DNA of 64,000 nucleotides, taken from the NCBI GenBank assembly GCA_028534125.1, contig CM052841.1, positions 65,348,001-65,412,000 of the forward strand, read 5' to 3'. Positions within the stretch are counted from its first letter, which is position 1. Each line of letters starts with the position of its first letter. Position numbers and translations under genes: made by a program. The notes beneath the pieces are model-generated. The model was given only the letters and a program-made list of their open reading frames with translations, was not told the DNA's origin and made no database searches. The stretch comes from Lama glama (lineage: Eukaryota). Below are positions 34,401-47,810 of this stretch, piece after piece.

Positions 34401-35929
34401 GAATTACTGGAGTGCTGTCCTGTCTGCGAGGGACTGATAGAACAAACAATCAAAAAAACCCCAAGCATCTCAAAAATTCCAAAATGGGGATCCGAATTAG
34501 GCAACATTCTATCCATTATAAAGAGCCGTGTAGGCGCCAAGTCCCTGGACAGATCAAGTTGGATGTTCTGGAATCTTAACTCTTCTGGCTTCTACTCTCT
34601 GTCCTAAGGTGTTTCATCTGTACGGCCCTTTAAGGTTCAAAGGGCAGAGTCATGTGCATCACCTGATCCTGATGCTTGTGAACAGACTTCCTCTTCCCGT
34701 TTGTAGCTGACGAAAATGAGGCTCTGAGAAACGGTCCAAAGCTTACAGGCTCACACGGGACTGGAGCTGGAAGTAAGTCCATGCTTCCTGACCCTAAGAC
34801 CAACGGTCACCTCCCTGACTGGGTGGCCCTCCTGTCATTTCACACCAGGGGAACTGGGCCTGATGAGGCTGATGATACAACCAGCACACCTTGGTGAATA
34901 CGCAAGACAGACACTGTGCTGGAATATGTGGGAAAGTGTGGAGCTACCTGCAGACTCTCGGTGCCAGGGCAAGTGTACAGCGGCGATTGTGATTCATACG
35001 CAGAAAGAAGGCTGCACGATGCAGGATAACCATCCAGAGGACTCAAGGGTTCTCTGTGCCCCAACATTTGATCTGTGCATACTTCCCACCCACACATCCC
35101 ACAAGCAGTAACGGCAATCCATCCCAAATTTCCTATAAAAGCAGCTCTTGGCATCTAAAATACTCTGGTTCCCTCAAGGGGCTGGGTCTGGCACTAAAAG
35201 AACACCCTGTCTTTGAGGAGAGAAAGAAAACCTTTTACAAATGTATTTTGAGGAAAATCATCTCAGGACCTCCTGACACTGTGAAGATGGACTCAGAGGT
35301 CAGTGTTTAACCAGCAGGGCAACACTCCTCACTCTGACTCTCCTCTCACCAGGACCCCTGGACAGTTCCTAACACGCTTTTTGGCAGGGTCGGGGGGGGG
35401 GTGGTCGTGAGAAGAGCCCACTGTGCTTGTCTCTAGTCGTGCTCAGCATTGGAGGCGCATCAGCACCAAGGAGAGCGGCACGCGGCCCTGGGAGCCTGGC
35501 TGCTTCCCCGAGTTTCATGGAACACGCCGCCCTGCGCAGGTCAGAGGCTTTCCAGCAAGGACCACGTGAGAAGGTCTGACTGCGGCGTCTCCGAGTTACT
35601 CTACCAGTGGGCAGTGAAGACAGCCCAACAGATCTGTCTTGCTGCTCCAATAATCCCCACTACTCTGGGCACAACAGGAGACCACCGAATTTCTGCAGGT
35701 GCCTTGCAAGCATTCAGATTAGGCAGTTCTCCTGCTGTTCCCGGCACTTATCACATGGAGAGAAGAGCAGATACCAGTGATAATTTACTGCAAAAACCCA
35801 AGTTGGAAGAGTTCACACTGGGCACACGGCGGCCCACCACACCATACCACCCCTACCCACCTGAACACAGCTCTCTAAACCCATCTGCCCCTCAGCTGCT
35901 TGTCATAGGCCCAATTCAGCTCATCTTAC

Positions 35930-36098
35930 CTCTTCAGGTTTGCTTTCTTCTTCTTTACAGACAAGGCACTAAGATTTTTGGGGGCATCTCTTAGCCCAAA
36001 GCTCTTAGCCACGTGCCCGAGGTGGAGCAAGCGGACGTGGAAGATGTGCTTCAGCTCCCGGGGGTAGGTTGCATAGGCCCGGATGAAGGACTGCAGGG
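35930..36098 (-). CDS. DDX31: DDX31 penultimate coding exon (C-terminal extension)
   Basis: Acceptor TTTCAG|CC and donor AG|GTAAG, 169 nt. Translates (A)[55 protein letters not shown](R). Confidence 0.97.
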
Positions 36099-39000
36099 CT
36101 GAAAGACAGGTGAGGGGGAGGGAGGCCGTCAGGGTGGGGGCTCGGCTGCCCCAGCTGCCGCAGCCTCACGACTGTCCTGTGCAGTTCAGTCTGCCAGGCA
36201 GTGATGGACACACAACCAGCATAGCACAACAGACACGAACAACCTAAATCTACAGTTGTGAGGGTTTTTTCAAATTCCTCAAAAAAAAAAATCTACCAGC
36301 CACATTAATTCACCCAATATAATTTCACTTGAATAAACCCAATATAATCGCAGATTCTACTGTGTAGCTTGTAATGAAACAGAGGGCAGGGGACCTGTTC
36401 TCTTTGCCAGTAGAGCCGTGGGGCCCCGCACAGCACCTGGCACACAGAAGGCCGTGGACACACGTTTGTTGTGTAAATTAGTGGATGAGAGAATGAGTGA
36501 ACAAACTAAGACAGGATCACTGTCTATCATTTTCTTATGAAAAACTAAATCATCAGACATTTTAACTAGGAAAAATTTTTCCTAATTATATTAAATTTTT
36601 TTGAATACTTAATACATGCAAAAGTTACAAAATTTGAAAGGCTTTCTTACGACTGGCATCTTATGTATTATTACTGTATACTCTTATTACTTCTAAATGC
36701 AGCCTTCACCCCAAGTCCCGCCGCCAGCTCCCCCATCCAAAGGAATCACGGAGACCAGCACTTCGTATACTCATGGGATTGTAACACCAAATTCTTTCTA
36801 AAGTATCCAGGACTGACCTACAGAGTGTTCCTTATCCATTCGAAGAATGTGTAGAAAACGAAATGAAAAGATAATTTTTAAAAGGAGGAAAAAATTGTTA
36901 AATTTCTAAAATAGCCCAACCAGTTCACCTGTTGAGGATTGCCAGCAGTTTAGAGGTGTTCATCGGAAGGTCTAGCATGGAAATCTCAGTCCTATTGTAA
37001 AATCAAGAAAGAGGCCCCTGTTCTAGAGCCGGCACTGGCCAGAGAGGAGCCAGAGCTGGTACCCAGGAGGGTGGAGCTCCGGTTACACCTTGATGCAGCA
37101 TCCCTTCGAGGAACGATTACTCAGTTCCCCTGAATATCTTGCAGTAACTGATCAAGCGTCGGCCCTTTTCTCGCTCCCACAGGGCGGGAGGGGACTGTTC
37201 TGAAGTCGCCCCTCCCCGTCCCCGCTGCCTGTACCCCCCGCTCTCCTGCCAGCCAGGGAGCCCAGCAGAGCTGCACTGCCTGATGGCAGCAGGCACTAAA
37301 CACCAGCCTCTCTCGCCCTCGCCCGTTGAGCCACTGGACTGGCAAGTTTGCCCACAGCTTAAACGTAATATCCCAGCAGCACCTGGAGACTGGCGTTTAT
37401 GAACAGTAATAAAAAGTGTCATTTTAGCAGATCAGCTCCTGGAAGGATCCTGGGAATCCATCAAAGCTCTATTTACTGAGCAAAGTGAACTCCTTTTCCC
37501 AATCGATGAGAAATAATAACCAAGGCAACTCCTCTGCACCCCTCTCAGATTTGTGCTCACCCCCCTTTTCAATAACTGGGGACTAGGTTTTTCAAGGAAA
37601 ACCTTTAACGCTTCAAATGGTCTGTGCTGCGGGGAGGGTTCTGCCACACGCTCAAGGCCTCAGAGGGGAAGTCGGTACGACTACCAGGACCCGCAGACTC
37701 AGGCCTCATCTCCTCCACCTCCCTCTCTCCCCCAACCCCGAACCCCTGCTCTGGACTGAAAAGGCAGACCGAGACCGCTCCCAGGCCTCCTCGCTCCCCT
37801 ATGCTGATGCAGACTAGCCCCCAGCTTCCGCTTCCACTCCTGCACCTTCCCCCTCGCCTCCACGCCAGCCCGGGGCTGAGGCTGGAGAGCCACTGTCCCA
37901 GCAGACGTGCGTACTCGGCTGTACAGGGCCAACGTGCTCACCAAGAAATGGCAGAAGCGCCCTCGCCCTCGACAGCTGGTCAGGTTCAGGGCGTCTCTCG
38001 CTGTGTATTTTTACTAAGCCTCCTTGTCCTCAAGGCTCCTGTCTCACGGGGGTCGTGACCACTGGTGGGCCTCCCATACTTGAGTGGACTCCCAGGTTTG
38101 GATAATTCAGAGCAGCAGGATCCTCAGATGCAGCGACAGCCGCCTGGAGGACCTTCCAAGGGGCAGGAAGTGGCACGTGATCACAGTGTCAAGAATGTCA
38201 AGAAGGAACAGGGGCTGTGGGGCCAAGACAGGCAGAAAGCAGAGACGTAACGAAAGCAGACGCTTGTCTGGGATGACAGATGAAGTACTGGCCCATCAGA
38301 GTGCGCACCCTCATGTCACTGAGTCCTATTTCAGGGTCATAAGGACGACAAAATTAAGGGAAATTTATTTAAAATAACTTACAAGGACATGTTGTCCTTT
38401 TTAGCAATCAAATCACATTTGTTCTTTAATAAATCTTTGACATCTGATCAGGAATGGTCAATGATCTATGGACGATGCCCAGGATCCAGGAGCAGAAAGC
38501 AGCAGGACTGCAGCCTAGAAGGTGCCGCTCGTCCTCGCTCCTCCAAACCCACCCCTGCGCTCAGAAGAGCCCGGTCTGCGCGGAGGAGGCGCAGGCATCT
38601 CCCCAGCCAGCACATCCTCAGCGACGACTACCCAGAGGACGTGGGCAAGGAGGCAGCTCATTACAGCCCTCCTAAAGACAAAGCATCTGGCTGAGTAGCC
38701 AGCCACCTCCGATCACACCGGCGGGCGAGGGATGGTTTCATCAGTGACTTGTGTTTTCTTGACTTTGAGAAGCACCTCTTCCAGGCCAGGCACAACTCCT
38801 ACACACGTGGTCCCTGCTCTTCAGGGAGGAGAGGCTCCAACCACAGGACAAGGGGTGGGGTGCAGGTAAAGGACTCTGCTCTCCAAAATTTTTGTTCAGA
38901 AGCCTAGAGTTCAAACTTAGGTTACCTCAGGCTTTACTACTTGAATCTCTAGCTACGAGGTGCAAGAAATGAGAGGGAAAAAGGGGTAACCACTTCTGGA

Positions 39001-40139
39001 AAGTGACAACAATGAAATGCTGGTTACCAGCAATGACTGGGTCAGAAAATGCAAAAGGAAAACAAACGCACACTTGGCCCAGGTTCCAGCTAGTTTTCTG
39101 CCATAAAGGCAAAGCCCAGCTGCTTTGTTAATCATTCATGAGGTGGGCTCTGAAATGGCAAGAAGGGAGGCGAGTCGGTAGTGGGGAATTGGCACATGCA
39201 GACTGAAGGGCTGAAGACAGTACCCACTCACAGGGCGTGGCAGCCACGGGCGCAGCCCCAAGCCTCCGGGACTCGCAGCCCCAAGAGGAGTGAGAAGAGT
39301 GCGGGGAACCTAACGTCTGATGTGGGGTGACCAACATCTACTCTAGGCAGTTTCCTTAAAAAAGGGTACACTTATTTCCTTCCTGGGACATACACGCTGG
39401 GGAGTGGCCCCACTCCGACATTCTTTACAAGAAGACAACGAGCTCTGCCTGCCTCTTGGGATTAGTAAGTTCAATGGTAACAACAATGAGAGAAAACACA
39501 AAAATCACATTCTCTGGGAATTATTTCCTGTAACTTTTACGCTGGTGCCCCAGGCACCCTGAAATGGTTGTGGTCTCACCAGAACATCCAAAGCACCTAC
39601 CTCTGCCATCAACGTCACAACGGTGGTGTGACTTTGACTTCCTTCCCTTCGCTGCCACTCTGTTATGAACCCAGAAACTCTGCTGCAAGCTGTTACGCAC
39701 TGCACCGCAAGCTGGGTTTCCCTAACTTCCAGCAAAGCACCAACCTCTAAAGTTACGCTCGGGCAAACGTTTTATTCCTCTTGAGAGAATGTTCCTGTTC
39801 TTCTCTAAAGGCAGGTTCTCAGGAAGACTCTCAGGAATTGCTGAACTCATTCTAGGGAAATGCTTGGACAGGGTATTACCGGCAGCCAGACGAGCAGGAC
39901 ACACGCTCATCATTTGCTGGTGGTTACGGGCAATTACTGGGACCTCATCTTTCACCTTCGCGCTGCTGGCTTGCCGCAGCGTTCAGGCCACAACCGAGGC
40001 TGCTGTTCTAGTGTGCTCGGCATGTAATGGGCACTTGGCGGCATCTGCTGGCCCGGCCCATTTCTATCATCTATATCCTGGTGACCACAACTGCTGGTGA
40101 CCAGCCCCTGGCCCTCACCCTTGCCCGCAGAGGCCATGC

Positions 40140-40570
40140 TCACATGGCAGCAGGTGACTTGTGCAGACCTATCAGACCAGGTCTCCCTCCAGTGGCTCCC
40201 CTTCCACTCGCCCTCCCCCTCCCACTAGCCACCCTGCTGTCCTGCGTTCCCCTGCGCGCTGTCCCCACTGCCTGGATGCCCTCAGTCAGAGCCTCCCCAC
40301 CCCAGGGCAGGCCCCCTTGGGGTTTCTGCCTCCTGTGCAACGGGCTCGCTCTGCCCTCACCCCTTCGTCCCCTCACCTGCTCTGCTCTCCTCCCCTTTCA
40401 CCAGACGATCTGGTTCCCGGGTAACTTACTCACTATGTCCATTACATTCACTGTCTGCTCCCCGACTAGACTGTTAGAAAGGTGAGGACTTCCGTCTGGT
40501 TTGATCCCTGTGGTATCCTGAGCACCTGGAATAGTGCCCAACACAATAAATGTTTGTGAAATGAATTTTT
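40140..40570 (+). mobile_element. L2 LINE 3' end
   Basis: TGTTCCC/TGCCTGGATGCCCT-type motifs, GACTAGACTGT..GAGGAC, ending in AATAAATGTTTGTGAAATGAAT. Boundaries approximate. Confidence 0.65.
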
Positions 40571-41394
40571 TTTTAAAGTTTCAATTCATAAGGAGAAGAA
40601 AAGCAAGAATGCTACAGTGTTCATCTATTGGAAGCCAGACTGGCATTCTTCTCAAAATAGCAGGTAACTACCAAGAACTGTGGCTCCCCCAACAAGGGGG
40701 AGGTCTCATAAGCACACACGGGAGAGTCACTGGCCAAGACACACACGTTCCATCATAAAAGACATTCAGCCGTTCCAAGCGCCCTTCCCCTGTACTCTGC
40801 TCTGTGCTCAAAGTGGGCTGTGGAGTCCACACCTAATGCCTGATGATCCCAGGAGCCAATTAATCCTACAAAGGGCCTGAACATTAAATTAATGCCTAAC
40901 TCTCTGGCAGATTTCCTTGGAATTGGGTTCATGGTCTACAGTCCTTCCTCTGCACTGTTCTTTCTCATTTTCATTTGTACTTTCAAACAGGAACTGCTTA
41001 GGTCTAATGTTTCCAGCCCTTACCGTCACCTCTAATTTCCATCTCTACAGCTATTTCCACCGACATGTCATGTCTCTTCCTTGCAGTTTTCAAAGAAAGA
41101 GAAAAATGGATCCCTCAGATTCAAGCTGCTGGGTCAAAGCTCGAGTCCTGATGTAAGCCAAGATAAAGCCTCATTTGTGCAAAACATGGGGAAGGATGAA
41201 ATTAACATTTAATATCACTTTAAAGCCTTCCGTGCCTGCTTCCAAACCCTGCAGAATTAGGGAGATTGAAGGCTTTTGCCAGGGAGCAGAGACGCCTGCT
41301 TGGCCTCTCAGCTTGTCCGGGGGCCAAGCGGGTGGAGCTGGGGCTGAGGCTCTGCTGGGTTACCCACCCACCACCACCTAAGAAACTGACCGAC

Positions 41395-41506
41395 CTTTCT
41401 TGGCCCCGGAGACCCTCCTCTCGCTGGAGTGCACGTAATCTTCAAACACCGTCTGCAAGACTGTGGCTCGCTCTCGGATTTCCTGGGGGCCAACGGCGTG
41501 GGATTT
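41395..41506 (-). CDS. DDX31: DDX31 coding exon
   Basis: Acceptor CCCAG|AAA and donor G|GTCGGT, 112 nt. Translates [37 protein letters not shown]. Confidence 0.96.
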
Positions 41507-42955
41507 CTGGGAGGGTGATGGAAGGATTAAAGGAGACAGAGTCAGAGTCAGGAATAATGAAGCAGTTTATAATAGATTTAATAACAGTAAAATCACACAG
41601 TAACCACCTAGGGGCCAACAAGGGTAATCCTTTCAATATTACTAGGGAGAAAGAGAGGGCTATGAAGATGTTAAAGTCGAGCAAAGACGAGGGTGGCTTT
41701 GAGAGGGAGCGGACAAGGCCTCTTTATTTATTTACTTATTTACCTACTTTTCTTCCTGGCCTCATAGCACTCAGGTTCAAAAAAAAGTCCACTGGAGACG
41801 CTGGAATTGTCCAGGTCCAGCTCAGGCGTTTAGAACATCACTGCACATAAGCGGTTTTCAAATGAATCTTGCGTGTTCTACTCTGGCCTTAAATCCCCTG
41901 CCCTGCCCTGTACTCATCGACGGAACACTGACCACTCCTGCTGAACGGCCTCCCACAGCGACCTGCCTACGGCCCGTCCTGGAGCTGCAGAGCACGTGTC
42001 CCCGGCCCTAGGACACTCAGACTTCGTGTTTCAGACCCGGGCTTTCGGCCCAGACCGCTGTGCTGAGCCCCCAGGAACCTGTGGGGGAGCGAGTGGGCTC
42101 TCGCAGCAAACCACACGCGAGGAAGACAGCATGTGGCTCTGCAGCCAACGGCCCCCCAGTAAAAGGGAACATCTGTAGGCCCTGAAGGACCCTCTACAGG
42201 TGGAAAATGGGCATAAAACAAAGGCTCATTTTCTTCTCATCCTTCTGCAACCTCACAGAAGAGCCTCCTCTTTCCACGTCCCTCTGAAAACAAGGGCTTT
42301 GTGTTTCCTGTGTCTTAAAACAAGCCGGAAGGCTTCCTCCTGGACGTGAAGCTGAGGCCGAGAAGAACTCAGACGCTCCAGCCTGGTCTGGCGACCGTGT
42401 CTCCCCAAAGGTGCCCATTCCGCGAACGGTGCTATTAAGCTCTATCCGCACCTCTCCCCAGCCCCCCGACCACGTAGGTCACCAGGAAAAAGCCAGTGGG
42501 AGGGCCAGCTCGCTCTTCTTTTATCCCCTGCGGGGACAGGGTGTGCGCGCCCGGGCCTGGGTGACCGTGCCCTAGCCGGGCTTGGGGTCTCTCCTGCGCT
42601 GAAAGCTGCTGGAGGAAGAACAAAGGAAGGAGGAGAGAAAAAGCCCCCTCCTAGCGACATCGGTCTCCGGATTGATAGAGATTTAACAACCTGAAGATGT
42701 TCTTAGTTTAGTCAAATCATTCCTGCTACCTGTTTGGTTGACAACAGTCTAGCCGGTTTCACAGTACATGGTCCCCCTAAGGGTTTTATCCACTCAAATG
42801 TCAAGAGAAAAGTCACTCAGGAGCTGTGTTACGAAAGTGGACATTTGCTGTTGTCGTTAACGAGGATTTTTTTTCTACCCCCTTAACTGACGTGAAATGC
42901 AAACTTTTTTTTTTTTGCTGCCCTCTTTCGTTAAGCCACCTCAGCAGCACAACTG

Positions 42956-43550
42956 NNNNNNNNNNNNNNNNNNNNNNNNNNNNNNNNNNNNNNNNNNNNN
43001 NNNNNNNNNNNNNNNNNNNNNNNNNNNNNNNNNNNNNNNNNNNNNNNNNNNNNNNNNNNNNNNNNNNNNNNNNNNNNNNNNNNNNNNNNNNNNNNNNNNN
43101 NNNNNNNNNNNNNNNNNNNNNNNNNNNNNNNNNNNNNNNNNNNNNNNNNNNNNNNNNNNNNNNNNNNNNNNNNNNNNNNNNNNNNNNNNNNNNNNNNNNN
43201 NNNNNNNNNNNCCAGTCCTCTCNNNNNNNNNNNNNNNNNNNNNNNNNNNNNNNNNNNNNNNNNNNNNNNNNNNNNNNNNNNNNNNNNNNNNNNNNNNNNN
43301 NNNNNNNNNNNNNNNNNNNNNNNNNNNNNNNNNNNNNNNNNNNNNNNNNNNNNNNNNNNNNNNNNNNNNNNNNNNNNNNNNNNNNNNNNNNNNNNNNNNN
43401 NNNNNNNNNNNNNNNNNNNNNNNNNNNNNNNNNNNNNNNNNNNNNNNNNNNNNNNNNNNNNNNNNNNNNNNNNNNNNNNNNNNNNNNNNNNNNNNNNNNN
43501 NNNNNNNNNNNNNNNNNNNNNNNNNNNNNNNNNNNNNNNNNNNNNNNNNN
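42956..43550. other. Assembly gap
   Basis: N-run with an 11-nt island at 43212-43222. Confidence 0.99.
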
Positions 43551-46544
43551 AATGTGAGTGTGTATACAAGTGAAATCTGTAGGAAAAAAGGCGATGAGAC
43601 TAGGTTCACACGTTTGAAATGATGAGGTCAGTTTTAGAGAAATGTAAGAAAAAGTTGATGGCAGAAAACACAGCGTACTTAGGAGAAAGCCGGTCTCACC
43701 CTCTGTCCGCCCCTCGTTTCCAGAAATACGCTATTTTAAAAATCGCCCCTCTTGAGAATGACTGAGGTATTTCTCAGTTGTCTTTGGGGGAGGACAGTCT
43801 AAATTTAAACTGAAGCCAGAGGGGGCAGAGTCATGCAGCACCAGCTCAGCCCCAGACAGGTCAGACGCTCCCGAAACGAGAGTGGGTCAGACCCGCAGGG
43901 CACGCGGCTGCCCCACAGGACTGGCCCTCCCACCCTCAACAACGCAGACCCAGGGTTGCTTAGAGATGCTCACCTGCAACTAATGGACCACAAGGTCCAA
44001 AAGGTCTATACACACTCAAAACCCTTTGTCAGTGAGACCCTGCTGACCTTGGAAGGGACAGATAATCAAAAAGCACTGAGCAAAGGGCTAGAGGTCTTGC
44101 TTTAGTATCTTGCCACGCCAGTGAGTGTGCAGTTAGGATAAGCTTACGGGCATATTTCATAGGACAAAAATACATTTAGGGGAACATGTCTGGATGTGTG
44201 CCTACCCTGTGAAGAAGGAAAATTCATGCAGACCAAGAGGCAACAAATGAGTTTACGGTTGGCAGGCTGGATTATCTGTGCTGTAAAAGTTTTGGGTGGG
44301 AGCAGCGGTCGGTGGAGGGTGGCTTTTTTTTTTTTTTTAAGCATGTGTCTTGATCTTGCCAACTTCTAGGTGTTTTTAAACTAAATGGAAAGATTTTGTT
44401 TTAATCACTTTATTGCCAAGCTGAGTTTTACCCCTACGGTCCCTAGAACCTTCTGAGCGCTTCCCAGTCAAGCTCAAAGATGGAATTTATTCTCTTTGTA
44501 GGTGGGTGAACATTCACACACCCAGACGTAGCTATATATATTTCATCTACCTAAATATGAAATATACATTTTACAGATGCTTCGCTCGCTTTCTTTCTGT
44601 TCACAGAAACCCAAAAACACACGCGCCAGAGGGACGTTTACAATGGACTCGAACCAAGCTGGGGAAGAGGGACACCCTAATGAGGGTCTGTCTGGCCGTG
44701 TGTGCAGCAGGCCTGTCTGCTGAGGCCACACTGCTCCACCCGGCACTGGTGTGTCTGCTCCAGGGAACTGTCCAAACTGAGAATGCCAGTTAAGACATGC
44801 TGTCTTTTTTATGTAAAACAGAATTAAAAGTTGTATCCAGCATTTACTTGGTTCTCTTTTCTGGTCTCTCTTTACTGGTCACGTGAGTCACACACATAGT
44901 TATAGCTCTCTGGCTGGACGTCTACGTGATAGCAATGTTGTCAATTCAGTTTAGTTTTCCTCTGTCCTCCGAACTAAAGTTGATCAAACAAGTGGTGTTC
45001 ACGGACCTGAGCCTGCTATGATTAGCTAAGTTTTCTAAGGTAACCAGTTAGTTTGGTGTTGGTGAAAGCTCGATCTTGCCTAGCACTTTTTCTTTTTGAA
45101 AACAACGATCACCAAACCATAAGACCATCAAAACATTCCCCTCGTTCCTACCCACCAAGGCAGAGCCAGGGCTGAGGTGAGCTCGCATGACCCAGCAGCG
45201 TGCGGGGCGCTCTGTGCCCTGTCTTACTGAGACCTCCCAGCACCGGGCATTGGGGTGGGCCTCACCCCACAGACGGGTAACTGAGGCTGGGGAGGACTGG
45301 AAGCCCCCAGCTGCAGGATGACCAGCTGGGGGACAAGGACTCGAACCCATGCCTGTGTGCCTGCCTCGGGCCCAGCTCTCACCCACGGCCTCCCCCGGCC
45401 CCTCCAGCTCAGTGGTCCTCGAGGCCGGCCTCAGGGGAGAAACTGGTGCAGCCAGGCCACAGGGGGCAGAGGCTCAAAAGAACGGCCATGGCTCATCCCT
45501 GAAAGAGCAGAGGGAGGGGCAGCTGCTCTGCTCCCGCTCGGGGAACACGTCCTTCAGCAGGGCCCCCGCGCCGTCCACCTGCTGCCCCGGACACGTGCAG
45601 ATGCAGCGGCCATTGGAGCCCCGGAAAGAGCCGATCTGTGCTCGGGGTAAACACCCACCCCAGGGCCCGTCGCGGAAACAGGCCGTAAAGACCAGATCCG
45701 ACCAAACCTCTCCGGCCTCACTTTGCCGTGGTCCCGCCTGCCCTTGTTTCGGGAGGGCAGGCAGACGCTGGTTTTCCACTTGGTGTGACTCAGCAGAACA
45801 AGGGACGAGGCGCTGTGTCACTGAGTCTGGGCCTTGCTCCCACACCTGCTACTAACTGATGTGGCCACAGTAACAACACCCATAGTGAAGGCGCCCTCTG
45901 CTATCGGCGCCCGGACTTCCGGGCTGCTTCCTCCTGAACCCCTGCGACCTCCTCTGAGAAGAATACGAACGTTGCCTCCGTTTCACACGTGGAGAAACCG
46001 AGGCTTAGGAGGGTGCAGTCCCGGCCCAAAGCCACGCAGCTGGGGAGACTAGGAATGGGACCCCAGGCCACACTCCTGACCATCCAGCTGCACTGCCCCC
46101 GGCTGTTCCCCAGGCACCCCCGCTTACCCCACGAAGCTGCCCCACGGTGAAAATTAAACAGCTGTGGGATCATCTGAAAATTAAAAATAAACAAACAAAC
46201 AAACAAAAACCCCACCCTAACTAGAATTTGCAGTCAGAGGAACAGAAGAGCATGCCAAGACCAATGAGCGTCTAGTTTCCGGTGAGGTCCCTTGACAACA
46301 AACGATGAGTACAGGATGGTCCAAAGCCTAGTGTGGCCGGGATGCTTTGCCACGCAGTGTCACTTAAAATAATATGATCAACTGAGTCTTAAATCACGTT
46401 TCTTACTCATGGGGACCTTTGCTGCGGTACCATTTACTGACCAAATTTCACCTCTATGAGCGTGGCTGATGTTACCTCATTGGAAAAGCAACTTAGTTCC
46501 ATCTTCTTGGTCTAATTACTACTAAGGGAGGCAGGCGGGTACAC

Positions 46545-46790
46545 AGTGGAGGACACGTGCTTTGAACTTAGAATGCCTGCTCTCACACCCCAGGAGGGCC
46601 AGTGGTCATCAATGTGCCCTTGTGAATGTTCCCTCAACTCTCCAAGCCTCAGTTTCCTCATCTGTAAAGTGGGAGGGTAACACCTACCTCACAGGGCTGC
46701 CAAGAGGATTAAGTGGGACCAAGCGTATAACGAGCTTAACACAGTCCCAGGTCCAGGACACACGCTGGGTACCAGACACTGTGATTACTT
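46545..46790 (+). mobile_element. MIR SINE
   Basis: Contains AAGCCTCAGTTTCCTCATCTGTAAAGTGGG..ACCTACCTCACAGGG..GAGGATTAAG core. Boundaries approximate. Confidence 0.75.
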
Positions 46791-47516
46791 CCTCTGACTT
46801 CCTTACGCAAGTTTCCTTAGGTACCCTCCAGAGCAAGAGAACTCAAGTCAGGGTCAGTCAAAGCGAGTCCTTGCCTCGGGGAGAATATCGATCCAAATAA
46901 AGAGACACACTAACGTGTAAAAGAAACTCTTAAACTTGATCTATTTGGCTCTGATTTTCCAGTCTATCCTCAGGCATAAGAAAGCAAACGTAAAATACCC
47001 AAATTAAAGTTTCATGGACAAAATTACACACACACACACAAGTACACGCGATCTACCGAGTAACCTGTTACAGTGGGGTAGGAAGTGATTCCTAGACGGG
47101 GGAACCTCAAAAAAGAAGCAGGAAAGGATGCTCTGGGCTGTCTGCGACTGCTCAGGACCTCCATATGGAACTGTGCGGATAATAAACATTTTTCTTCTTA
47201 ATGATCTCAACTTTACTCTTCCTCTGTGTACAGCACACGTTAAAAAATGGATGAACTGAGTGTGTCTGAAAGGAGATCTAGAGATATTTCCCTTTTCCAC
47301 GCTGCCCTGGGTGGATGGGCCCTGTTGGTAATTTGGAGAGGGACCACCAGGGATGAGGGTGGAACACTGCCTCCAAACTCTTTCTGGGATGAGACCTCCT
47401 TTCTGGAAGGCCTGCTGCTGCCTGGCACACTTCCAGAATGGACTACAGCCCATTAACTGGATGAGACCAGCAAACACATCCAGAGCAGAGAAAAAACACA
47501 ATCAAGATTTGACCAA

Positions 47517-47600
47517 GGCGGGTGGGAACAGCTCGTGTTTAGCACGCACGAGGTCCTGGGTTCAATCTCCAGTACCTCCACTTAAAAAAGAAAAAGAAAA
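47517..47600 (+). mobile_element. Short, internally deleted Vic-1-like SINE
   Basis: AGCACGCACGAGGTCCTGGGTTCAATCTCCAGTACCTCCA plus an A-rich tail, same family as 4994-5127, with the A-box region shortened. Confidence 0.75.
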
Positions 47601-47728
47601 ACTATTTGGCCTCATCTAATGTTCATGATCCTTAAAAATAACTGCTCCCCACACAGGAGCTCTATGGCCCCAAGTCAGGAACTGAGTCACGTCTGTTAGC
47701 AGCAAGCACACTAAAACACAAAACTCAC

Positions 47729-47810
47729 CTGGTTTCCACGTCGGCTCCTTTTAAAACAATCATCCTTGGTCAGAACAGACAGGATATCTTCCATCTTTAT
47801 CTCAGAAACG
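47729..47810 (-). CDS. DDX31: DDX31 coding exon
   Basis: Acceptor TTTTACAG|C and donor CAG|GTGAGT, 82 nt. Translates (N)[27 protein letters not shown]. Confidence 0.96.

Noticed and set aside
42826-43622. Long ORFs on both strands
   Set aside because: Artefacts of translating N-runs.
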